Origin: Caldisericia bacterium | Lineage (GTDB): Bacteria; Caldisericota; Caldisericia; JAAYUI01 | Length of the DNA: 64,000 bases | Direction of reading: 5' to 3' | NCBI GenBank assembly: GCA_963674785.1 | Contig: OY771555.1 | Location: forward strand, 160,001-224,000 | Position numbers and translations under genes: made by a program | The notes under the pieces: model-generated | Databases searched by the model: none | What the model was told of the DNA's origin: nothing | Seen by the model: the letters and a program-made list of their open reading frames with translations, nothing else | Shown here: in pieces, positions 9,152 to 16,832 of the stretch | How the letters are laid out: each line of letters starts with the position of its first letter | Position numbering within the stretch: position 1 is the first letter of the stretch

Positions 9152-12100
9152 TTGTTTAATTCAAGATTCAATATAATCAGAAAACTCGGGGAAGGAGGAA
9201 TGGGTGAGGTGTATCTTGCCCACGATACCAGAACTGGGTCTGATGTTGCTCTCAAGATCGCAAACCTTGAGAGTTCAACTGCTAGAGAGAGATTCTTACG
9301 TGAAATTGAGATTCTTTCAAGTATTTCACATGAAAACATTGTTGACTACATAGACAATGGGATCAATGGAAATACTCTCTGGTATGAAATGGAATATATT
9401 CCCGGACTCCAGTTAATCCACTGGTTTAAGGGACAAAGCAATATTGATTTTAAAAGTCTTGCAAAAATCTTTTCTAAGATTGCATCAGCCTTATCTACTC
9501 TTCATACAAATGGGATTATTCACCGCGACATAAAACCCGATAATATTTTGGTTTGTAATGGGGAACCAATAATCGTTGATTTTGGTGTGGCACATCTAAT
9601 CGATAAGGGAGATCGAGCAAAGCTTACGAGAGCAGGTTCTGTTGTAGGTACAATCCAGTATATGTCTCCAGAACAAGTAACGGGAAGCCATATCGATGGG
9701 CGCTCAGACCTTCACTCACTTGGTGTGATCATGTATGAATTATTAACTGGAGAACACCCATACGAAGCAACCACTCTGCCGGGAATGATCTCAAGAATCC
9801 TTCAAGAAAGACCAATAAAACCATCAAGTCTAAACCCAGATATACCCGACAACCTTGAAATGATAATACTCAAGCTTCTGGAGAAAAACCCTGACTTGAG
9901 GTACAAATCAGCCGACGAACTCGAAACAGCTCTTCTGAGGTATTGTAGTGGAGGGGTTCTGACTGAGGCTGTCAATCTTTCACCACTAAAGACTAATGCT
10001 TCAAGAGATATTCCATTCGTTGGAAGAGATAAAGAACTAAATCAGCTCGAACTCTTACTTCACTCAGCAATCTCAGGAAGAGGACAGGCTATTGAAATCT
10101 TTGGTGAAGATGGTTTAGGAAAATCAAGATTGATTGAGGAATTCAGAGCACAGGCTCTTGGACACCTTTCAAAATTCCTATTGTGTTCACCACAAATAGA
10201 GGGAAGCTCAAGACTAGCAATATCATCAATTCTCGACCAACTAGCTGATTATGAAATCAATTTTGACAACAGGATTATAAAAAAACATCCACACATGATT
10301 AGAAGTCTTTCTGCAAAATTTGCAGACTCTGTCGGAATAGAAGAAAAGCCGCCTAACATCGGAGATTCAAAAGATATCCCAAACGTTGTTGCTGAAATAA
10401 TAATCAATGCCTTCCCAGAAATCCCATCTATTTATGTTTTTGAAGATGGAATTGATAGTCTTACATTTGAAATCGCAACAGAGATTTCAAAAAAAATTGC
10501 AGATAGAAAAATAGTTGTGTGTTTTGCGACAGAAAATGAGTTAAGCAAAACGATAGCAGAAAAAAAAGGCTTATCAGGGCAAGCAAATTTTTCAAAACTA
10601 ATTCTTAAACCACTTCAAAAAAATGAAATTGACGCGCTTTCAAGAGCTATCCTTGGCAGAGATTTATCCGAACCAGAAATGGATAAGATCTTTGCCAGTT
10701 CAAACGGAATGCCAAATGTTGCAATCCAGCTTCTCTCAAATATGCGTGAGGGTAGTAGGACAGTCTCACTCACATCTCTACCTGAAAATGTAAACAGCAT
10801 TTATCTTGAAAAAATCTCAAAACTTGGAGGGGAGACAAAACAACTTATTGAAGTGATGTCTCTTTTGAAGAAACCAATTCCAATCGGTCTATTGAGTCCA
10901 ATTTCATCTCTTGAAAAAGTGGATTTTGATCTTGCGTTTGAAACTCTTGATTCAATTGGATTCATTAAAGAAAAAAACATAGGCAGAGAACTTGTTGTAG
11001 AACTTGCAACAGCTGATTTGAAAAAGATAGTCTGTGAAGAACTGAAAAAAGAAAAAGCAAAAGAATACCATAATCGAATCGCTTCAACTCTTGAAATCTA
11101 CTACTCAGACACAAAAGATCAGGACATAAAAAAACGTATAGCAGAACACTATGTTGAAGCTGAAGAATTTGATAAATCATCAGAGCTATATTTATCAATA
11201 TTCAGTTATTACAACTCACATGGGAATTCAAAAAATGCAATTGATGCGATTAATGAACTTGAAAGAAACTTTGAGAAAATAACCAAAAAATCTCTGATTA
11301 TAAATTCTGTGTACTATTTCCTTATCAATTTTCCACTAACAAACCAAATGGAATTGTTTGAAAAATACAAGTTAATTGGTTTGCAACTATTAGAGAAAAA
11401 TGACCTACCTGGTTACACAGTTTTTTCGTATTATTCTGCAATTGGTGGTGCATACTTAAGGCAAAGACTTCTACTTGAATCGAGAAAACACATTGATAAA
11501 GCAAGAACTCTATACGACCAGGTCGAAGACAGTCGAAAACTGGATTTAAATATCCACGAAATTAATCAGGCAATTTTTGAAACAAACATTGAAACGCTCC
11601 GTGAGCTACTTGAAGAGCGAAAACGACTGCTTGAAAACACAAATGCTTCGGAGATTGACTGGATACCTTATTACAATAGTGAAGCAATATATTTCTCTGA
11701 AATTGGAAGCCATGCAAACGCCGTAGAAAACTTTAAAAAATCGCTTTCGATTGCCAAAAGACTCAACCATAAAAGGCAAGAACTTAGGGCGCTCACAAAT
11801 CTTGGAACTGCATGCGCTCACGCTGATCTTAATTTCAAAGCGATCGATTATTATAAACAGGCTCTAAAACTTGCAAAAGATCTTACTCTTGAAAACATTC
11901 ATGCCCTAATCTTAAATGACATGGCAAACCTTTATCTAAATGAAGGTAAAACCGTAGAATACCGAAATATATTACTTGAATACAAAAGACTGTATGAGGA
12001 TAAGGAAATCACAAAGGCTTTGATTGATTGGACATATAATTATTCACACCTCAAGGTTTTAGAAAATGATTTTGATGAAGCAGAAAACATCTTATCAAAA

Positions 12101-12769
12101 ATGAAAAACAGGGTAATTGAGTCAAACAGAAGTTTCTGGCTTCGCGAAGTCCTATATTATGAGGCACTGTGCACATTTGATAAAAACAATTTTAGAAGAG
12201 CAAAACTTCTGTTTTTACAACTCCTTGACCTTTTCAAGATTGATAAATTAGAGGACACCTTAACTCAGCTTTTCATATCAAATATTCATCTTGCCCACAT
12301 ATATGTCATCGAAGGCGAACTTGATGAAGCCGAAGAACACTACCAGAAAGCTTATTCTCTCTGCAGGAGTTACAAACAAGATATTCTTGAAAATAACCTC
12401 TTTTTTGCTGAAGCCCATATTGAGTTTGCAAAATCCATAAAAAAAGGCAGCTTTGGATTCAAAGAGTTTTTTGATGAAAGCTCATGGAGAACCTCATACA
12501 ACATTTTGATGCAGTTATCCAAAAAGTGTGAACACAAAAAATATACTATGTCAATTCTTCCAACAAGTGCTACAGAGCTTTTCGCAAAACTCGTTATCCT
12601 CAGAATAAAAAACGACAAGAAACTCCGGACAATTGAAAGAAGACAGATTTTTGAGCAGGCTGTAAATCAAATCGAACTATTATTGAAAAAATATTCAGAA
12701 CACAATTTTTCTTACAAACGTGATGAAATCATTGAGCTTAATAACGAGCTTATAATGCTTCTCGAATAG
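9152..12769 (+). CDS. Ser/Thr protein kinase + AAA/STAND-like ATPase + TPR repeats
   Basis: LGEGGMGEVY, VALK, HRDIKPDN, DFG, GTIQYMSPEQ; FVGRDKEL and GEDGLGKS P-loop; TPR-like helices at C-terminus. Confidence 0.9.
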   Translation: MFNSRFNIIRKLGEGGMGEVYLAHDTRTGSDVALKIANLESSTARERFLREIEILSSISHENIVDYIDNGINGNTLWYEMEYIPGLQLIHWFKGQSNIDFKSLAKIFSKIASALSTLHTNGIIHRDIKPDNILVCNGEPIIVDFGVAHLIDKGDRAKLTRAGSVVGTIQYMSPEQVTGSHIDGRSDLHSLGVIMYELLTGEHPYEATTLPGMISRILQERPIKPSSLNPDIPDNLEMIILKLLEKNPDLRYKSADELETALLRYCSGGVLTEAVNLSPLKTNASRDIPFVGRDKELNQLELLLHSAISGRGQAIEIFGEDGLGKSRLIEEFRAQALGHLSKFLLCSPQIEGSSRLAISSILDQLADYEINFDNRIIKKHPHMIRSLSAKFADSVGIEEKPPNIGDSKDIPNVVAEIIINAFPEIPSIYVFEDGIDSLTFEIATEISKKIADRKIVVCFATENELSKTIAEKKGLSGQANFSKLILKPLQKNEIDALSRAILGRDLSEPEMDKIFASSNGMPNVAIQLLSNMREGSRTVSLTSLPENVNSIYLEKISKLGGETKQLIEVMSLLKKPIPIGLLSPISSLEKVDFDLAFETLDSIGFIKEKNIGRELVVELATADLKKIVCEELKKEKAKEYHNRIASTLEIYYSDTKDQDIKKRIAEHYVEAEEFDKSSELYLSIFSYYNSHGNSKNAIDAINELERNFEKITKKSLIINSVYYFLINFPLTNQMELFEKYKLIGLQLLEKNDLPGYTVFSYYSAIGGAYLRQRLLLESRKHIDKARTLYDQVEDSRKLDLNIHEINQAIFETNIETLRELLEERKRLLENTNASEIDWIPYYNSEAIYFSEIGSHANAVENFKKSLSIAKRLNHKRQELRALTNLGTACAHADLNFKAIDYYKQALKLAKDLTLENIHALILNDMANLYLNEGKTVEYRNILLEYKRLYEDKEITKALIDWTYNYSHLKVLENDFDEAENILSKMKNRVIESNRSFWLREVLYYEALCTFDKNNFRRAKLLFLQLLDLFKIDKLEDTLTQLFISNIHLAHIYVIEGELDEAEEHYQKAYSLCRSYKQDILENNLFFAEAHIEFAKSIKKGSFGFKEFFDESSWRTSYNILMQLSKKCEHKKYTMSILPTSATELFAKLVILRIKNDKKLRTIERRQIFEQAVNQIELLLKKYSEHNFSYKRDEIIELNNELIMLLE

Positions 12770-12798
12770 ACCATAAATAAAAAAGTAAACATTGATTC

Positions 12799-12827
12799 TT
12801 GAAGAAGCCACATTGTTGTTGTATATT
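12799..12827 (+). promoter_or_regulatory. Sigma70-type promoter of the leader/ABC/selD operon
   Basis: TTGAAG-N17-TATATT. Confidence 0.6.
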
Positions 12828-12852
12828 CATGGCACTTATGAAGGAGATTGTA

Positions 12853-12942
12853 ATGACAACTTACAGATCGCTTTGAGCAAACAAAGGCAGATGGTTCATC
12901 TGCCAAGCCCAGACGGTCTGTTGCTTCATTTTGACCGTCTGA
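12853..12942 (+). CDS. Putative leader peptide with in-frame UGA (Sec): MTTYRSL-U-ANKGRWFICQAQTVCCFILTV
   Basis: AAGGAG (12841-46) 6 nt before ATG; TGA at codon 8 (12874-76) followed by a SECIS-like hairpin; frame stays open to TGA 12940-42. Confidence 0.65.
12886..12904 (+). promoter_or_regulatory. SECIS-like hairpin of the leader ORF
   Basis: GGCAGATG-GTT-CATCTGCC; apical loop begins GU, 17 nt after the UGA. Confidence 0.65.
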
Positions 12943-12975
12943 AAACTTAGACTTAGGAGGTCATTTTATGAAGCG
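12910..12975 (+). promoter_or_regulatory. Mutually exclusive anti-sequestrator / SD-AUG sequestrator structures (translational attenuator)
   Basis: CAGACGGTC 12910-18 pairs with GACCGTCTG 12933-41; alternatively GCTTCAT/ATGAAGC, TGACC/GGTCA and GTCTGA/TTAGAC enclose the SD AGGAGG 12955-60 and ATG 12968. Confidence 0.7.
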
Positions 12976-14131
12976 TTTCGTTACATTTGCACTTATTCTT
13001 TTCCTCGCACTTGGAGTCTTTGTCTCGTGTGGTGCTGAAAAAAAGGTGGATACAGAACCGACACCAGCAGACGTCACACCAGCAGAACTCCCTCTTTTGA
13101 GAGTGGGACACGTCAATCAGGATCATCACCTTGCACTCTACGTCGCAGCACTAAAAGGCGAATTCTTTAAGGATCAAGGTGTCTGGATGACAGAGATCAA
13201 ACCTAAAGAAAGATACACACTCCACACAGAAAATGGAGCTATCGCTGAGGTTCAACTTGTCAAATCTAAAGGTGGTTCAGAGATGACAAACAACCTCCTT
13301 GCAGGTCTTTTTGATATTGGCTTTGGTGGAGTTCCTGCAGTTATGAGTGTTGTTGATAAAGGAAAAGATGTCAGGATTCTGATGCCTTTGCAAAACGCTG
13401 GCGACCAGCTCATCGTAAAAAAAGATATGCCAGTCGAAAACTGGGAAGAGTTTGTAGAATACGTAAAAAATAACGAAACACAGCTGAAACTCGGATACAA
13501 AGCCCCAACTGCAGTTCAATACATCGTTGCTCAAAAGGCATTTACAGAAGTTGGAATCACACAAACAGAAGACCCAACAAATACAGATGCAATGGTTCTT
13601 TGGATCAATCAAAAGGGTCAAAATAACATGACCACAAATCTGGCTGCAGGTCAAGTTGATGGGTTTGTAGCAAATCAACCAACACCGGCACAAGCGATCA
13701 TATCTGATGTAGGAAAATTTATCACTGAACTTTCTGTATTGCCACCAGATGGAATGTGGAACCATCACCCATGCTGTATGGTTTGCAGCAATGAAAAGGT
13801 CAAAACAGAATACCCAGAGGAAACAAAACAGTTCCTTAAACTCATCATGCTTGCAACAGACCACATAAATGACGACATGGATGATGCAATCGAAATTGCC
13901 TACGAATTCCTCGGACAAAAAGAAGGGGTTGAACACTTATCCATTCCAACTGTATACTACAACTGCGATGACGATGAAGTTTGGAGAGGTGGAGTTGCAA
14001 CATGGGCAGTTGTTATGAATGAAATCGGAAAATATACAGGAGAACTAAAGGATATCAACGATGAAAGAGCAGTTGATCTCTGTGTTGATTTCACATTCCT
14101 TCACGAACTTCAAAAGGAGTTAGGAAAATAG
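12968..14131 (+). CDS. ABC transporter substrate-binding lipoprotein, NitT/TauT family
   Basis: Lipobox FVSC; LRVGH..QDHHLALYVA, DIGFGGVP, QVDGFVANQP, HHPCC; RBS AGGAGG. Confidence 0.9.
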   Translation: MKRFVTFALILFLALGVFVSCGAEKKVDTEPTPADVTPAELPLLRVGHVNQDHHLALYVAALKGEFFKDQGVWMTEIKPKERYTLHTENGAIAEVQLVKSKGGSEMTNNLLAGLFDIGFGGVPAVMSVVDKGKDVRILMPLQNAGDQLIVKKDMPVENWEEFVEYVKNNETQLKLGYKAPTAVQYIVAQKAFTEVGITQTEDPTNTDAMVLWINQKGQNNMTTNLAAGQVDGFVANQPTPAQAIISDVGKFITELSVLPPDGMWNHHPCCMVCSNEKVKTEYPEETKQFLKLIMLATDHINDDMDDAIEIAYEFLGQKEGVEHLSIPTVYYNCDDDEVWRGGVATWAVVMNEIGKYTGELKDINDERAVDLCVDFTFLHELQKELGK

Positions 14132-14973
14132 ACCGACAAAAGATTTCTAAAATTTTATGGAGCGTGGGTGGAGCAATTGTTCTACCCCTGCTTCTTTTTC
14201 TTGTTTGGGATTACAGTGCTGCAAGACTTGGCTCATCAACTCTGCTTCCCAGAGTATCCGATGTTTTTGATGTGGTTTTGCATCCCACAGAAGACCTAAT
14301 CAGACAAGGCACCCTGCTCTTCCATGTCTATGTTTCATCGATTCGGGTATTGATGGGTTTTGTGATAGGATCGTTGCTTGCCATAGTTCTTGGAATGATA
14401 ATGGGTTTATCAGACAAAGTAAGGCATTTTGTCACACCATTCATCGAGATACTAAGACCGCTTTGTCCTGTTGCCTGGATTCCCTTCGCGATAATTATCT
14501 TCGGTGGAGCGACCCTTTCAAACACATTTGGATACAAGTTTACTGATTCGATTCTTGATTATGTTCAGATTGCTCAACTATTCATTATCGCCTGGGGAGC
14601 ATTCTTTCCGGTATTAATAAACACGATTGATGGCGTCAGTGGTGTCAGAAAAATATGGGTTGAAACAGCAAAAACGATGAACGCATCCAAACTACAGATT
14701 TGGTCAAAGGTGATTCTCCCCGCAAGCTTCCCATCCATTTTGACTGGGCTTAAGGTTGGACTTGGTATCAGCTGGATGGTTGTAATTGCAGCCGAGATGT
14801 TTCCGGGTCCTTCTGCTGGAATCGGGTATCTGATGATGGAGGCATACGCACAAACTGAAATCCATATTCTCGCTGCCGGATTAATCACAGTTGGAATCAT
14901 CGGAGCGCTTCTGAACGCCATTTTAGCGGTTATCCATAAAACCTTTGCGGGTTGGCAGGCGAAGGAACGATAA
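14128..14973 (+). CDS. ABC transporter permease, NitT/TauT family (start ATA 14128 or GTG 14164)
   Basis: LRPLCPVAWIP, FFPVLINTIDGV, EAA-like ETAKTMNAS, VIAAEM. Confidence 0.9.
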   Translation: MDRQKISKILWSVGGAIVLPLLLFLVWDYSAARLGSSTLLPRVSDVFDVVLHPTEDLIRQGTLLFHVYVSSIRVLMGFVIGSLLAIVLGMIMGLSDKVRHFVTPFIEILRPLCPVAWIPFAIIIFGGATLSNTFGYKFTDSILDYVQIAQLFIIAWGAFFPVLINTIDGVSGVRKIWVETAKTMNASKLQIWSKVILPASFPSILTGLKVGLGISWMVVIAAEMFPGPSAGIGYLMMEAYAQTEIHILAAGLITVGIIGALLNAILAVIHKTFAGWQAKER

Positions 14974-14975
14974 AC

Positions 14976-15785
14976 ATGATAAAACTCAGTGCAATATATA
15001 AAGATTTTGATAAGCAGGAAGTTTTGAAAAACATCAATTTGAAATTCTTACCTGGGGAGTTCAACTGTATTCTTGGGCCAACCGGTTGCGGAAAAACAAC
15101 TCTTTTGAGAATTATTGCAGGGCTTCTAAAACCAGATTCAGGTGTAGTCAAAATCGAGAAGCCATCGATTTCAATGATTTTCCAACAGCAAACCCTTTAC
15201 CCATGGAGAAATGCACTCTCAAATGTTTGTCTTCCACTTGAGTTCAAGGGATACTCAAAAAAAGAACGCATCAAAATGGCAATGGCTAGATTAGCCGAGG
15301 TTGATGTAGCAGATGCAGCCAAAAAAAAGGTCTTCCAGCTATCTGGTGGAATGCAGCAGAGAGTACAGATTGCAAGGGCTTTGGTCTCTAATCCATCAGT
15401 ACTTCTTGCTGACGAACCATTCGGTTCACTTGATGAAAAAACAAGATACAAGCTTCAAAAAAAACTCAGAGAGATAACCCTTTCAAACAATACAACAACA
15501 GTTTTTGTAACTCATAATATTGAAGAGGCAATTTATCTTGGAGATAGAATTATTGTAATTGGAAACAAAGGGGTTCAAGCAGATTTTGATCTTACCACCC
15601 CACACCCTAGAGACAGACTTTCGAAATGGTTTACAAGTAAAATTCTTGAAGTAAGAAATGTTTTTGAAACACTCATCGAAGATGAAGATACAACTGATGG
15701 GATTGAAAAAAGCGAAGAACCCGAAGAAAATAACGACCCATTCAAAACAATGAAACTCGATGTGACAACAGATGAAAATGAATAA
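14976..15785 (+). CDS. ABC transporter ATP-binding protein, NitT/TauT family
   Basis: GPTGCGKTT, LSGGMQQRV, LLADEPFGSLD, VTHNIEEAI; stop overlaps the selD start. Confidence 0.93.
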   Translation: MIKLSAIYKDFDKQEVLKNINLKFLPGEFNCILGPTGCGKTTLLRIIAGLLKPDSGVVKIEKPSISMIFQQQTLYPWRNALSNVCLPLEFKGYSKKERIKMAMARLAEVDVADAAKKKVFQLSGGMQQRVQIARALVSNPSVLLADEPFGSLDEKTRYKLQKKLREITLSNNTTTVFVTHNIEEAIYLGDRIIVIGNKGVQADFDLTTPHPRDRLSKWFTSKILEVRNVFETLIEDEDTTDGIEKSEEPEENNDPFKTMKLDVTTDENE

Positions 15786-16806
15786 AGAAGAAGAGTTCAG
15801 GCTTACAAAATTTGCCGGATGTGCTGGTTGAGAGAGTAAGTGGGGGCCGGGAGCTCTCAAGAAGTTACTCAGTGACTTACCTGTTTTTGAGTCACCAGAT
15901 TTAATCACTCGTGACGTCAATAAAGCTGATGCTGCCGTTTATAAAATCAATGATGATTTATACGGTATCTATACAATTGATGTTTTCTCACCAATTGTTG
16001 ATGACCCTGAAGACTTTGGTGCAATCGCCTTTGCAAATTGTATTTCTGATGTTTGCGCAATGGGTGGGACACCAGTTCTTGGGCTAAATGTTTGTATGTT
16101 CCCAGCAGCAGCTCCAGTTGAAAAACTCAACCTTATACTTAAGGGTGCATCTGAGTCAGCCCAAAAAGAAGGGGTAATAATTGCCGGTGGACACACAACC
16201 AAAAATGATGAACTCCACTACGGACTCTCAGTTTATGGGACTGTAAAACCAGTAGATCTCAGGCTTTCATCAAATGCAAAACCCGGAGACCATATCATCC
16301 TTACAAAAGGACTCGGGACGGGTATCCTTTTTGCAGCAAAAGATAGGGCTGAGGGCGTTAACTGGCAATCAGCAATTGATTCGATGAAACAGACATCCGT
16401 TATTGCGTCAAAAATCCTAACCGAATTTGGATGCAGGTGTAGCACCGATATTACAGGTTTTGGGTTTGTACCACATCTTCTTGAAGTACTCGAAGAGTCA
16501 AGGGTAGCAGCCAAAATTAATCCAGAATCTCTTCCGCTTCTTCCTGGCGTGATTGACTTTTCTAGATCATTTGCCTGTCCGGTTTTATCAACAAACATGG
16601 AACTTGCCGGGGCAAAGTTCGACTCTGGCAAACATGATCCTAAATGGATCAACATCTGCTTTGACGCCCAAACTTCTGGTGGCTTTATTGCATTTGTTTC
16701 AGAAGAAAATGCCGGTAAGTGTTTAGAAAAGCTTATTGATGCAGGATATCAGGCAGCAGATGTTGGTGAGGTTGCTGAGGGTGAGTCGAAAATTACATTG
16801 GTTTAG
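15778..16806 (+). CDS. selD: Selenide,water dikinase (selenophosphate synthetase), selenocysteine-containing
   Basis: ATG 15778 gives MNKEEEFRLTKFAGCAG-U(TGA 15829-31)-ESKWGPG, the catalytic U-x-x-K; then DAAVY, TIDVFSPIVDDP, ISDV.AMGG, IAGGHT, TDITGFG, DAQTSGG. The ORF track shows only the C-terminal 248 aa. Confidence 0.93.
15834..15870 (+). promoter_or_regulatory. Bacterial SECIS element of selD
   Basis: Upper stem TGGGGGC/GCTCTCA with loop CGGGA 16 nt after the UGA; lower stem GAGTAA/TTACTC. Confidence 0.75.
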
Positions 16807-16832
16807 AGATATTCCAACCTGGGCTCGATCAA

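Noticed and set aside
12910-12946. Leader hairpin as an intrinsic terminator or known metabolite riboswitch
   Set aside because: It is followed by AAAAC, not a U-tract, and I see no SAM, TPP, cobalamin or T-box consensus; the pairing fits translational control better.
12853-12970. Leader ORF as an N-terminal extension of the SBP
   Set aside because: Different frame (offset 115 nt), and the SBP has its own SD and lipoprotein signal.
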